Shown piece after piece: positions 53,677 to 64,000 of a stretch of DNA of 64,000 nucleotides (the stretch's first letter is position 1; each line of letters starts with the position of its first letter). The stretch lies in assembly GCA_963740315.1 (NCBI GenBank), contig CAVUDP010000002.1, positions 288,001 to 352,000 on the forward strand, given 5' to 3'. The stretch is from an uncultured cyanobacterium (GTDB lineage Bacteria > Cyanobacteriota > Cyanobacteriia > Cyanobacteriales > Nostocaceae). The translations under genes were made by a program, and so were the position numbers. A model generated the notes under the pieces. It ran no database searches. It was not told the origin of the DNA and worked only from the letters and a program-made list of their open reading frames with translations.

Positions 53677-54885
53677 TTAAACTACTGCTACTGCACTCTT
53701 CAATTCAAAAATCTTCTCAATTACATCTTCTACAACTTTATCCGGTGTAGAAGCGCCAGAGGTAATTCCGACAACAATTTTCCCCTCTGGCAGCCATTTC
53801 TGAGTTGTTTCGATGCTGCCATCTAGCTGGCAATGTTCGATACTATTTTCTGATAAAACTCTTTCCACGCTATCAATATGGTAAGAAGGAAGTTCTCTTT
53901 CCACCGCGATTTCCTGTAAATGAGAAGTATTTGATGAATTAAAGCCGCCAATCACTACCATAAAATCAAGTTTTTCTTCCACTAACTCCAACATTGCATC
54001 TTGTCTTTCTTGGGTAGCGTCGCAAATGGTATTGAAGCTTTGAAAATGTTGATTTAATTCGGTAGGAGGATACTTTTTCATCATGGTGCGCTCAAAAAGC
54101 TTACCAATCTGCTCGGTTTCTCCCTTAAGCATTGTAGTTTGATTGGCAATCCCAACTTTTTCTAAATCCGTATCGGGATCAAATCCTTTTGAACAAGCTT
54201 TGCTAAATTTAGCTAAAAATTCTTCTCGATCGCCGCCATGCAAAATATAATCGGCAACATATTGGGCTTCTTGCAAATTGAGAACAATCAAATATTTACC
54301 AGCAAAAGAACTAGTTGCAATGGTTTCTTCGTGTTTGTATTTGCCGTGAATGATAGAAGTACAGTCAACTTTTTTATGTTTTTCAACTGTATTCCAAACT
54401 TTAGAAACCCAAGGACAAGTTGTATCGACAATTTTACAGCTTTTATCCGACAGCACCTGCATTTCTTGTACGCTTGCGCCAAAAGCAGGTAAAATCACAA
54501 CATCTCCAGACTCGATCGCAGAAAAGTCTTTTATACCAGCTTCCACAGAAATAAAACCAACATGCATTTCTCGCAAACGTTGATTTACAGATGGGTTATG
54601 AATAATCTCATTAGTAATCCAAATCTTTTCGGTAGGGAAATGCTTGCGAGTTTCATAAGCCATCGCTACAGCACGTTCAACACCCCAACAAAAGCCAAAA
54701 GCTTCCGCCAGACGAATCGTCACATCACCGCGAGTTAAAGTGTAATTATTATCTCGAATCTCCTGAATTAAGCTGCTTTGATATTCCGAATGTAGCTGAG
54801 TTGCCACTTCTTCTTGATGTCCAAATCCCCGACGATGGTAATTTTCCGAATGTTGTAATGAGCGTTTAAAAGCTTTTGTATCCAT
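53677..54885 (-). CDS. ispH: 4-hydroxy-3-methylbut-2-enyl diphosphate reductase
   Basis: [37 protein letters not shown]. Confidence 0.98.
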   Translation of the reverse strand: MDTKAFKRSLQHSENYHRRGFGHQEEVATQLHSEYQSSLIQEIRDNNYTLTRGDVTIRLAEAFGFCWGVERAVAMAYETRKHFPTEKIWITNEIIHNPSVNQRLREMHVGFISVEAGIKDFSAIESGDVVILPAFGASVQEMQVLSDKSCKIVDTTCPWVSKVWNTVEKHKKVDCTSIIHGKYKHEETIATSSFAGKYLIVLNLQEAQYVADYILHGGDREEFLAKFSKACSKGFDPDTDLEKVGIANQTTMLKGETEQIGKLFERTMMKKYPPTELNQHFQSFNTICDATQERQDAMLELVEEKLDFMVVIGGFNSSNTSHLQEIAVERELPSYHIDSVERVLSENSIEHCQLDGSIETTQKWLPEGKIVVGITSGASTPDKVVEDVIEKIFELKSAVAVV

Positions 54886-54889
54886 AATA

Positions 54890-55043
54890 TTAGTTGTTAA
54901 TTGTTAGTTGTTAGTTGTTAGTTGTTATTAGAAGAACTATCAACTATTCACTGGTAACTGGTAACTGGTAACTGTTCACTGTTCACTGTTCACTGTTCAC
55001 TGTTCACTGTTCACTGTTCACTGCTCACTGTTCATTGTTAACT
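54890..55043. repeat. Heptamer tandem repeats (TAGTTGT, TAACTGG, TCACTGT)
   Basis: Directly visible; overlaps the stop codon of the GDSL gene. Confidence 0.9.
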
Positions 55044-55836
55044 GTAAAGCAGAACTCCAGACTAAATAACCATTTGGATTAAGGTGCAATCCATCAGTCG
55101 TAAAGTTTGAGCGGAGATTTCCTTGTTTATCGGCAAACAGAGGATATAGATTTAAATATTTTACGTCTTCTTTTGCAGCTATGGTTTGCAACTGTTGATT
55201 TAAGTTGCGAATACGACTATTAGGAATGGCTAAGAGTTTATCTTTGCCTTCCCAAGTTGCCTGTTCTCCTTGATGTGGCAGAATTGACTGAATAACTATT
55301 TGTGTTTTGGGATGCTTTTTACGCAAATAAGCCATAGTCTGCTGTTGATTCTCTAAAATTGTTTTATCGCTGACATCGGCAATAAGATCGTTGATCCCAA
55401 TCATCACAAAAATAGTTTCCGGTGTGGTTTTATCGAATAAATCTAATCTTTTTAATAAACCATCAGTTTTTTCCCCGGAAATTCCCTGGTTTAACCAAGT
55501 CTTATTAGCTGGTAATAAATCCGCAGGAAACCACAAACTTAAAGAATCACCAGCCATTATAGTTAAATCGCGGGGCTTATTTTGAGCTGCGACTTCAGCT
55601 TCCTGTTTAAGAATATTCAGCCACTTTTGATAGTCGAATTTATGACGTTTACCCAGTTGAGGTGCAACGACTTGAGCTTGAGTATTCTTCGATTCCGCAG
55701 TTGGAGAAACCGCAGTACCCCAAACGGTAAAACCCTGCTGTTTGCCAATCAGCAAGATTACCGCTAATAAAAGTATGACGTTACTTAATAAAGAGAAAAA
55801 TGCCCAAGCAGGAAAAGTTTTAGCTGAACTAGACAC
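55018..55836 (-). CDS. SGNH/GDSL hydrolase
   Basis: GDSL, NQGISG, GIND, DGLH blocks; N-terminal TM. Confidence 0.93.
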   Translation of the reverse strand: MSSSAKTFPAWAFFSLLSNVILLLAVILLIGKQQGFTVWGTAVSPTAESKNTQAQVVAPQLGKRHKFDYQKWLNILKQEAEVAAQNKPRDLTIMAGDSLSLWFPADLLPANKTWLNQGISGEKTDGLLKRLDLFDKTTPETIFVMIGINDLIADVSDKTILENQQQTMAYLRKKHPKTQIVIQSILPHQGEQATWEGKDKLLAIPNSRIRNLNQQLQTIAAKEDVKYLNLYPLFADKQGNLRSNFTTDGLHLNPNGYLVWSSALQLTMNSEQ

Positions 55837-55904
55837 GGGTAGCGAGATAAATCATTTGGATATGATTCTAGTCTACTAACAGCTTGATGGGGAATTAGTA
55901 GTGG

Positions 55905-56040
55905 GGAAATCGGGAGATGGGGAGAGGGGGTAGAGGGGGAAGAGGGGGAAGAGGGGGAGATGGGGGGAAGGAGTTATTACTTACACCTTTAACCTTTAAC
56001 CTTTAACCTTTGACCTTTTTCCCAATTCCCAATTCCCTAA
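55905..56040. repeat. Short tandem repeats
   Basis: GAGGGGGAA, TTAACCT and CCCAATT runs. Confidence 0.85.
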
Positions 56041-56042
56041 TA

Positions 56043-57401
56043 TTACTTTTTGTTTACTTTGTCTGTATATTCCGAGTTATAGGCTTCTTCGCCGTGTTCG
56101 CTGATGTCCATTCCTTGTAATTCGGCGTTTTCATGGACTCGCAATCCAATGGTGGTATCGACTACTTTCAAAATAATCCAGGTGCCAAATCCGGCGATAA
56201 AGTAGGTAACTGCGATCGCGGCAAGTTCTAATAGTAATTCGTCGGGATTGCCTTCGAGTAAACCGTTTTTCGCTCCTGGATTTACTGCCCTGGTGGCAAA
56301 TATACCTGTCAAAATCGCGCCGACGGTACCGCCGACTCCATGTATGGGATAGGTATCTAAGGCATCGTCAATCTGCATTTTATGTTTGATGCTGACGGCG
56401 TAGAAGCAAACAAAAGTGGTGATACTACCAATTAAGATTGCTGCTAATGGTGTCACGAATCCGGCTGCTGGAGTAATACCTACTAAGCCTGCGACGCTTC
56501 CTGTCGCTACTCCTATTGCTGTGGGTTTACCGCGCAATACTCTTTCTAAAATTAACCAAGTCAAAGCCCCTGCGGCTGCACTGGTATTAGTATTAACAAA
56601 GGCAACGACTGCTAAATTATTGGCTTCTAAAGCACTTCCGGCATTAAAACCAAACCAGCCAAACCACAGTAAGCCAGCACCTAATAAAACAAAAGGTACG
56701 TTGTGCGGTGGACTTAATCTATTGGGAAAGGTGTTTCGAGGTTTAAGGTACATCGCTGCCACAAAAGCAGATACCCCCGAACTAATGTGTACAACCGTAC
56801 CGCCAGCAAAATCCAACGCACCCCAACCACCGGATAAACTTAATAATCCGCCTATACCCCAAACCATATGCGCGATCGGGGAATAAACAAAGATTGACCA
56901 CAAAACCAAAAATACTGAGTATCCCGTAAAACTCATACGTTCTGCGATCGCGCCGGAAATCAGCGCTGGGGCGATAATAGCAAACATTCCTTGATAAGCC
57001 ATGAATGCCAAGTGGGGAATTTGTGGTGCATATTCGCTCGGTTGAAAACCAACGTTATTTAAACCCAACCACTGCAAGCCGCCAAAGAATGCGTTTCCGG
57101 GTGCAAAAGCCAAACTATAACCCCACAAAACCCAGGTAACACCGATAATAGCCATCGCAACGAAGCTCATCATCAGCGTGTTGAGGACATTGCGGGTGCG
57201 GACAAATCCACCATAGAAAAAAGCAAGCCCCGGTGTCATCAGCAACACCAACGCCGCACAGATTAATACAAACGCTGTAGAAGCATTACCAACATTGGCA
57301 GCAGGTGGAAACCCCGGTGACTGTACTTGAGCAAATGCATTAGGCATTGTTCCGTTTACAAACAGCATTATAAGTACTATCAATGTAATTTTTTTCAACA
57401 C
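56043..57401 (-). CDS. amt: Ammonium transporter
   Basis: MTPGLAFFYGG, DFAGGTVVH, WFGWFGFNAGS, DDALD..HG. Confidence 0.97.
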   Translation of the reverse strand: MLKKITLIVLIMLFVNGTMPNAFAQVQSPGFPPAANVGNASTAFVLICAALVLLMTPGLAFFYGGFVRTRNVLNTLMMSFVAMAIIGVTWVLWGYSLAFAPGNAFFGGLQWLGLNNVGFQPSEYAPQIPHLAFMAYQGMFAIIAPALISGAIAERMSFTGYSVFLVLWSIFVYSPIAHMVWGIGGLLSLSGGWGALDFAGGTVVHISSGVSAFVAAMYLKPRNTFPNRLSPPHNVPFVLLGAGLLWFGWFGFNAGSALEANNLAVVAFVNTNTSAAAGALTWLILERVLRGKPTAIGVATGSVAGLVGITPAAGFVTPLAAILIGSITTFVCFYAVSIKHKMQIDDALDTYPIHGVGGTVGAILTGIFATRAVNPGAKNGLLEGNPDELLLELAAIAVTYFIAGFGTWIILKVVDTTIGLRVHENAELQGMDISEHGEEAYNSEYTDKVNKK

Positions 57402-57719
57402 TTTTTATTTCCTTGGGCGCTGACTATTACTTCTTGACGATCGGATTTGAAGAGTAATTTAAATTGAAAAATATTGTTGCAGAGAATATTAAGTAGAAAA
57501 CATTTGAATCTCAAATATTTGAGGCAATTTTTAGCTGTATATTTGAAATAAAATTACCAAAAATCATCTAAATGTAACCCCGATTTTAGTTGTGAAGAAA
57601 AAAACAAGATGTGGGTTTTAAGCTTTTGAAAAAACGGGTTTTGTTTGAAGCGTACAATATACAGCGGTTTTCATCCAATTGAGGTACACATCATAAATGT
57701 AATTCAGTAGCGATTTTAC

Positions 57720-57928
57720 TTAGAGGATGTTTAAAAAGTAAAGTTTTTAGCACAATTTTCGGATTATCCCCCCTTCCCACGCCACTTGCTACAATGCGGG
57801 AAACCCGCGCAACGCAGTGGCTCCCCTTATAAAAGGGGGGGGGTAAAGTCCCCCTAATACAGCAGGGGATAATGGAGGATCTAAAAAGTTTCGAGTTTGA
57901 TTTATGACTTCCCCGCGCATCCTCTTAG
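57720..57928. mobile_element. MITE-like element with nested hairpin insert
   Basis: Ends AGAGGATGTTTAAAAAGT ... ACTTCCCCGCGCATCCTCT; internal C-run/G-run palindrome interrupted by ACGCCACTTGCTACAATGCGGGAAACCCGCGCAACGCAGTGGCTC. Confidence 0.65.
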
Positions 57929-57989
57929 ATAACAGTGAGTTTGCTACTGAATTTGATATTATTAAATAATCAGATAATTTTAATAAACC

Positions 57990-58382
57990 ATGACACCAGA
58001 AGAGATTCAAAACACTATAGAACAGATGTTGGGCGTTCAAAGACAGATACAGGAAAGTCAAATCCGAAATACAGACAACATCGCCAGATTGGAGAGTTAC
58101 ATTCAAGAAAATGGCAGGTATATTCGAGAAAATACAGATTTAATTAGAAACAACCGAGAAGATATCAGTAGCTTGAAAGAAGATGTCGTCAGTTTGAAAG
58201 ACGATATCAGAAATTTGGTTACAGAAGTAGCTAAATTAACAGTAGATCAAAGAGAGAAATTTAATCAGTTTTATGGTTATCACCAATCTGCTGATTCTGA
58301 GCGTTTAACTATGACCGAAAGATTAATTAGGGTAGAACAAGAAGTAGTTGAAATCAAACGTCAATTAAGAGAAGGTTCTTAA
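57990..58382 (+). CDS. Coiled-coil hypothetical protein
   Basis: MTPEEIQNTIEQMLGVQRQIQESQ, heptad repeats. Confidence 0.75.
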   Translation: MTPEEIQNTIEQMLGVQRQIQESQIRNTDNIARLESYIQENGRYIRENTDLIRNNREDISSLKEDVVSLKDDIRNLVTEVAKLTVDQREKFNQFYGYHQSADSERLTMTERLIRVEQEVVEIKRQLREGS

Positions 58383-58767
58383 TATTATTAATCTTGTTTA
58401 TTATCACTATTCCTCGTTCCCTTTACTAACCAATTGACCGGGAACAAGTCTTTGAGTCCCTTCAGTAACTATTGTGTCTCCCGCTTGAATTGTCCCTCTA
58501 ATTAAAACCTTTTCCCGTTGATTTCTAATACTTCTAATAATTTGCGTTCTATTTGATAAGATTTATTATTTGTTTTAAGTTCGTTATGAAAATTATCGGA
58601 TTGACTGGTGTGAAGAAGCGATCGCGCTATTAGATAGCGAAAATAATTGCTCAGACAATCCGTTATTTAGATGAGAAGATAAGGAATAGTAGGGAGTAGA
58701 GGAATGTACTTCCTGTAATTTGCCTTCCTGCTGTATGTTGATGTTGTTTCAACGAGATAAAACGAAG

Positions 58768-58898
58768 TAAGTAGTCGTGCAAAATTAACTTAACATTCTA
58801 AAAGCTTCAAGTTCTTGGGATTGCTTCGTTCCTTTCCCTAAGAGGGAACACTGCGTGAACGCAATGACAATATACAATTAATTTTGCCTAAGTACTTA
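58768..58898. mobile_element. MITE-like element (same family as 20915-21090)
   Basis: TAAGTAGTCGTGCAAAATTA ... CGCAATGAC ... CAATTAATTTTGCCTAAGTACTTA. Confidence 0.7.
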
Positions 58899-58940
58899 TA
58901 AAATCTTCTCCCCATCCCCCCATCCCCTTCTACCTAAAGC

Positions 58941-60566
58941 GTGATGTTACAAAGTTTTATCCTAATCCTACTTCTCGGCTTTTTTTGCGGAGAGATTGCC
59001 CGACGACTGAAAGCTCCTGCACTGGTAGGAATGGTTTTGGCAGGAATTATCCTCGGTAATCAAGTTGCTGACTTGATAGATGCCTCGGTACTTGCAGCGT
59101 CTGGGGCTTTGCGAACGATCGCGGTAATGGTAATTTTGATGAAGGCTGGGTTGGGTTTAGATCGGGAAAAACTGGTACAGCAGGGAACCGTGGCGCTACG
59201 GTTGGGCTTTCTACCTGCGGCTTGCGAAGCTTTAGTTATTGCTTTGGCTGCCATGTGGATTTTAAAGTTTGATTTTCCTACGGGATTATTATTGGGCTGT
59301 ATTATTGGAGCGGAATCGCCTGCGGTGATCGTACCGGGAATGCTGCGGCTAAAAAGTTTGGGTTGGGGGGTTGCGAAAGGAATTCCCGATGCCATACTTA
59401 CGGGTAGCGCTCTGTCAGATGTATTGCTGCTGCTAGTGTTTAGTTTGTTGCTCAACTTTTTGACAAGTGGAACAACCGGGATAACATTACTTGGTTTAAC
59501 TTTAAATGCGTTTCAACTGCTTCCCATTCAGATTATTTGCCAAATTCTTTTAGGAATAGTATTAGGTTTAGTAACAGCAAAACTCTTGGTTTTATTACTA
59601 ACGAAGCAGAAGTGGACTCAAAACACGGTACAAGACACTTTAGTTGCGGCGAGTTTAGCGTTGTTTTTGGTAGTGTTAGCAGAGAAATTACCTTTTTTCT
59701 CCGGCTATTTAGCGGTAATGACAACGGGGTTTTTCTTAATTGAATTAGATGCTCCTTTAGCGCGTCGATTGCGATCTGGGTTTGATAGTTTATGGGTAGT
59801 AGCATCGATTATTTTATTTGTCTTATTAGGGGCAAGTATTCAAATACAAGTGTTAGAAAAAACCCTGGTACCGGGATTAATAATTCTGGTAATTGGAACC
59901 TCGATCGGAAGGGCTTGCGGATGGTATTTATCTACATTAGGAAGTAATTGGAAATGGCGAGAACGGTTATTTTTATTACCTGGTAACTCCGCAAAAGCCA
60001 CCGTTCAAGCAGCAATCGGAGCGATCCCCCTGGCACAAGGAATTGAGGGTGGAGAGACAATCTTGGCGATCGCTGCTTTATCTATCTTGGTGACTGCACC
60101 TTTGGGAGCTTGGGCAATTCCGACTTTTGCACCAAAATTGCTAGAGCGCGGCGAGGTAGATCCGACAAAAGTGGCGATAAGCGATCGTATTGTGATCTTA
60201 GCTGCCGTTGATACCTCTGCTGTAGCCGATCGAGTATTAACTAAAGCCGCCGATATTGCCCGCCGTAGTGATGGTGAGGCGATCGTACTGCACGTCATCC
60301 ACACAAGCGATCCCCAAGAAATAGAGCTTCTACAAAAAAAATCTCAACGACTTTTAGCAGACATTCGCCATAAATTCATTACCGTTACAGGTTTAATTCC
60401 AGAAGAAATTATTCGTACCGCTCAAGAGTATCGAGTTACCGATATTGTCATAGGCAAACGCGGGCATCAGCCTGGGAATAAGGTTTTGCTCGGTTCTGTC
60501 TCTGTGGCAGTATTGGAATCTAGCCCAATTCCCGTGATTTTAATTGAAGGTAATTGTGTGGGTTAA
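58941..60566 (+). CDS. Cation:proton antiporter (CPA) fused to a universal stress protein domain
   Basis: ~12 TMs, AESPAVIVP, KATVQAAIG; C-terminal ILAAVD...IVIGKRG...LLGSVS. Confidence 0.9.
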   Translation: MMLQSFILILLLGFFCGEIARRLKAPALVGMVLAGIILGNQVADLIDASVLAASGALRTIAVMVILMKAGLGLDREKLVQQGTVALRLGFLPAACEALVIALAAMWILKFDFPTGLLLGCIIGAESPAVIVPGMLRLKSLGWGVAKGIPDAILTGSALSDVLLLLVFSLLLNFLTSGTTGITLLGLTLNAFQLLPIQIICQILLGIVLGLVTAKLLVLLLTKQKWTQNTVQDTLVAASLALFLVVLAEKLPFFSGYLAVMTTGFFLIELDAPLARRLRSGFDSLWVVASIILFVLLGASIQIQVLEKTLVPGLIILVIGTSIGRACGWYLSTLGSNWKWRERLFLLPGNSAKATVQAAIGAIPLAQGIEGGETILAIAALSILVTAPLGAWAIPTFAPKLLERGEVDPTKVAISDRIVILAAVDTSAVADRVLTKAADIARRSDGEAIVLHVIHTSDPQEIELLQKKSQRLLADIRHKFITVTGLIPEEIIRTAQEYRVTDIVIGKRGHQPGNKVLLGSVSVAVLESSPIPVILIEGNCVG

Positions 60567-60585
60567 TAATTTAATGAATTCATGA

Positions 60586-60742
60586 TAGACATCTGCGGGA
60601 AAACATTTATATGGTTTCCTTCTTTACATAAAAACCTAACCCCCCTACCCCCCTTCCCTCGTAGGGAAGGGGGAAAATGAAGCCTCTCTCCTTGCAGGAG
60701 AGAGGTTTGGAGAGAGGTCATTTTAATTTCCGGAGATGTCTA
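60586..60742. mobile_element. MITE-like element
   Basis: Terminal inverted repeats TAGACATCTGCGGGAAA / TTTCCGGAGATGTCTA; internal hairpins CCCCTTCCC-TCGTA-GGGAAGGGG and CCTCTCTCC-TTGCA-GGAGAGAGG. Confidence 0.7.
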
Positions 60743-60744
60743 AT

Positions 60745-61341
60745 TTAAACACGACAAACTCCAATATTCTTACCATTTAAAGAACCTTTCATCCCAATTA
60801 CAACAGATTGAACTCGTTGTTTTGGGGTTCCGTGATGGTGTTCGTGATGCCAAGCATAATCGCCAATTCGATAAGCAAACGTAGCAATTTCACGAATATC
60901 TTGGTTATCAAGAGTGATATTCGGAATCAAACCTAAGTAAACTCCAGCCAAACAATCGGCTTGCAATTCCGTAATCTGAGTAGCACCAGGTATAAATCCG
61001 TGAATAGTTTGCATAGCATGAGCATATTCATGAGCAACAATATAAGCTAAAGCTGCATCACCATGCTGGTAAGCCATGCGAATATCTCTGTTGGTAATAT
61101 AAACGGTGTGATTTAATTTGCAATAATGGCTACCATAAATACGTCCGCAAACATTGCGATCGCCTAAACGAACATTCCATATCAATCTCGGTGTTGCTTT
61201 ATAACCGTGGATATGTTGAATACCTTCGTAAACTCCATCTACAACGGTTTGTGGCGACCATTCTCTTGCATGAACGGGAAAACTGGTAACAACGTATCCA
61301 ATACTAATAATAGATGTAGTTAATGCTTTTAATATGTTCAT
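60745..61341 (-). CDS. Neutral zinc metallopeptidase (YpfJ-like), secreted
   Basis: AHEYAHAMQ, ELQADCLAG, HGTPKQR. Confidence 0.88.
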   Translation of the reverse strand: MNILKALTTSIISIGYVVTSFPVHAREWSPQTVVDGVYEGIQHIHGYKATPRLIWNVRLGDRNVCGRIYGSHYCKLNHTVYITNRDIRMAYQHGDAALAYIVAHEYAHAMQTIHGFIPGATQITELQADCLAGVYLGLIPNITLDNQDIREIATFAYRIGDYAWHHEHHHGTPKQRVQSVVIGMKGSLNGKNIGVCRV

Positions 61342-61550
61342 TTAGCTGAAACCGATATATATATGTTTATTCCATAAATCGCGATGGCATAAGGATATTT
61401 CGGAATAATTGGTCAATTAATAGGGAGTAGGGAATAGGGAGTAGGGAATGGGGAATATAAATAATTTTGAGAGCGGTACTTATCTCTAGACTGTCCAATT
61501 TTTATTTAATTAAATGATTTATTAGTATTCCCTATTCCCTATTTCCAAAA

Positions 61551-62207
61551 TTATTTTATCCCTTCAAAAGGTCCCAAATAAGTTGGTTGAGGGCGAGTAA
61601 TATTAACTTGCCATAATGCTTTAATCGTAGAAAGATATTCACGAAAGCTATAGCGCATTACGGTTTCTTGGCGATAACTTTCCCAATCTGGAGTACCTAA
61701 ACCGTAAGTATCTACACCTAATTGACTGCAAAGATAAACCGCACGGGGTAAATGAAAATTTTGAGTAACTACAACCGCTTGCTTGACTCCAAAAATTTCT
61801 TTTGCGCGATAGCAACTTTCATAAGTTTTGAAACCAGCATGATCCAAGGTAATATCTTTTTGGGGTACGCCTAATTTCACCGCGTAACGCTGCATGGCGG
61901 TTACTTCATCGTAGTCTTCACTGCTGTTGTCACCACTCATTAACAGCTTTTTTACTCGTCCGAGTTTATAAAGTTCCACCGCAGCGGATATTCTGTCTGC
62001 TAACATCGGAGACGGTTGCCCGTTATAGATCCCAGCACCTAAAACAATCGCAACACGTTGGGAAGGAATTTGATTGGGATTATTATAGCGGCGACTGCTA
62101 GTAACTATTTTTACGTATAAATTTGTTGCTAAAGTGGTTGCAACTGCACTCAGAAGCAGCACTCCACATAATAAGCGCCAGTGCTGCAAAAACCATTTAG
62201 GTAACAT
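61551..62207 (-). CDS. SanA/YdcF/ElyC (DUF218) family protein
   Basis: IVLGAG, LMSGD, DHAGFKTYESCYRA, VTQNFHLPRA, RE. Confidence 0.9.
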   Translation of the reverse strand: MLPKWFLQHWRLLCGVLLLSAVATTLATNLYVKIVTSSRRYNNPNQIPSQRVAIVLGAGIYNGQPSPMLADRISAAVELYKLGRVKKLLMSGDNSSEDYDEVTAMQRYAVKLGVPQKDITLDHAGFKTYESCYRAKEIFGVKQAVVVTQNFHLPRAVYLCSQLGVDTYGLGTPDWESYRQETVMRYSFREYLSTIKALWQVNITRPQPTYLGPFEGIK

Positions 62208-62380
62208 TTATCTTGTGTGTTGTGAGGGCTATTCTGTTTTAGCAGACGCAGTTTAAATAATCGTGTTTCTGGGGATGCATTTTTGAAAAGCCGATCTTTA
62301 CAATGCTTCCGTGCCTATTATAGAAGGCAGGTCGAATTATTACTTGATATAAAGTAATAAAACTTAATTAAAGTTCAAGA

Positions 62381-62884
62381 TTATGTCGAAGATATTGGTA
62401 CTGTTTTGATAACATCCAATATTTCCTGAAGTGTAAAGTGAATATAGTAGAAGACTGGGGTTCCATTAATATCTATAGTCCCATAACGTCGTTCAAAACG
62501 ATAATTTGGATTATAACCACTATAGTTTGGACTGACATATGCAACCTTAATAGGAGTGCATTTTTCATCAAAAGTAATGCCCCATTTTATTTTTTGTATT
62601 AATTTACCATTTGAGTCTCTTTCTCCTAAATCATGAAATAAGTATTCGTAAAAATATGTTATATCGACTTTTTTAAAATCTTCAACTGTTATTGTTTTCG
62701 GGTAAGGAAGTTGAGTCTCATAGAAAGGAAGTCTTAATATATCCGTAAAAAATTTAGATGCTTCTTGAAAAATATATGTTTCTGCTACATCCTTTTGAAT
62801 ATTATTTTTAAACGAGATAAAAGGAATATAATTACTTTCAAAGCAAGAATTATATTGAGAAATAGTTCCAATAATGTCAGTCAT
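62381..62884 (-). CDS. Hypothetical protein, co-transcribed with the upstream nuclease-like gene
   Basis: 167-aa low-GC ORF starting 5 bp after the upstream stop. Confidence 0.65.
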   Translation of the reverse strand: MTDIIGTISQYNSCFESNYIPFISFKNNIQKDVAETYIFQEASKFFTDILRLPFYETQLPYPKTITVEDFKKVDITYFYEYLFHDLGERDSNGKLIQKIKWGITFDEKCTPIKVAYVSPNYSGYNPNYRFERRYGTIDINGTPVFYYIHFTLQEILDVIKTVPISST

Positions 62885-62889
62885 AAAGT

Positions 62890-64000
62890 TTAATTCACAT
62901 AAGTATCTAATATCGCCGAAAAGTTTCCTGTAACTATTCTAATACCTTTAATATTTATATCTGTGCGAACAAAGTTCTTGTCTATTTGGTTTTCATAATG
63001 AGGAATAACAAAGCTACTTTCTGAAATATTAACTTCTTCTACTTGCTGTAACGCTAGTTCATAAGTCAATTGTTTTATAACATCAATTCTATACTTTTCA
63101 TCTGTATTTTCAAACCACAAATATCTATTTTTTTCATAAAAATTAATTGAAACATTTTTAAAATCAATAATACATAGTTTACAGCTATCTTCTGAATTAG
63201 ATTTTAGAACTAAGTCAGGACGAGGAAATCGTCTTAATGCGTGTCTTCTATCTCTGTTTTGAAAATCATTATACTTATTGTTTGAGTGAACAAGAGTAGC
63301 AGATTGTGTATCAAATTCAATACAAAGTAATTCGTTCCATCCAAAAAATCCTTCTTCTTTAGGATAGGGAACATGAGATTCTATTCGATAAATCCATTGA
63401 TTTGCATAATTAGTTTCATTGTTGCTTTTATATTGAAAGTTACCAACCCGATTTTTTTCTTCTCCCTGTCTTTCAATATTCTGATGATCGTTCAAAGGTA
63501 TATCTGTATCAGCAAACAAAATTTTTATATTGTGATTTTTGAAAAAATATGTGTGACACATATCCTCCCATATTAATGAGAAGCCATTGATACCCCAGAA
63601 TAAACCATCATTTTGATTGGGATTAATTTCACCATACAAAAATATTTCAATTGCTTCGTAAAGTCCCCAATAATCAGCATCCTTATAATAAGTGTTTTTA
63701 TCTATATTATAAGGATGCTTCTTTCAAAATATTAATAGTCTCAACAAAAGTATCTTTGTCAAAAATTGATTGGTTGCTAGCTAAATATTCATCTTGGAAA
63801 GATTGAGCAAAAAACCTAATATCCGCAATATGAGCTTTGACATTATCAGGTACATCTTCATTTAACTGCTGTACAATTTCATCAAGAATGTAACAGTAGA
63901 GATTTACAATATTTGTACTCTCATAACGTATAATCGGACGTGGCAAATCCATCGTTTCAACATAAATTACATCATTATCTAAGTAAATAGCCCTTTCCAA
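62890..64000 (-). pseudogene. McrC/LlaJI-like PD-(D/E)xK nuclease gene with a +1 frameshift near 63710 (5' end outside window)
   Basis: FWGINGFSLIWEDMC, PRPDLV, IIDFK and DVIKQLTYE motifs. The downstream frame is open upstream of 63639 (YNIDKNTYYKDADYWGLYEAIEIFLYG) and overlaps the end of the 63707-64000 frame. Confidence 0.65.

Noticed and set aside
57402..57720. NtcA site upstream of amt
   Set aside because: No GTA-N8-TAC found by eye, only N5/N7-spaced near-matches
57789..58147. ORFs of 105 and 70 aa
   Set aside because: Overlap the MITE and the better-supported 57990-58382 gene
62890..63639. Independent 249-aa gene starting at TTG 63639
   Set aside because: The frame is open further upstream and joins the 63707-64000 ORF by a 1-nt shift; treated as one broken gene

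Overview
AT-rich chromosomal segment of a filamentous cyanobacterium, probably Nostocales (inferred from abundant HIP1 GCGATCGC octamers, heptamer tandem repeats and NDH-1 CO2-uptake genes). Housekeeping content: ndhF3-ndhD3-cupA with an upstream CcmR/NdhR-type box, ndhD2, ligA, ispH, amt, MATE, two AI-2E permeases, a CBS/PAS hybrid kinase with an OmpR-type regulator, an alkaline phosphatase and an antiporter-USP fusion. The main highlight is at the left edge: a three-gene minus-strand operon encoding a membrane-anchored VWA/Ig/FHA-like protein, a 913-aa tubulin/FtsZ-like GTPase with a long helical tail, and a second, catalytically degenerate tubulin paralogue with coiled coils and a transmembrane hairpin. 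The ORF track misses this third gene, which runs off the window. Other notable items: a cytoplasmic subtilase followed by a stand-alone copy of its own prodomain-like module; a PhoA lacking the canonical His zinc ligands; a structured ~160-nt candidate sRNA; a DUF559 nuclease bracketed by palindromic repeats; a nuclease-like gene frameshifted exactly at a perfect 15-bp inverted repeat; a gene split at an A9/A-AAA-AAG slippery site; a parD whose parE appears truncated by a REP; and many REP/MITE elements with nested ~26-nt insertions. No rRNA, tRNA, CRISPR array or transposase was recognised. All family assignments come from motif recognition by eye, not database searches.
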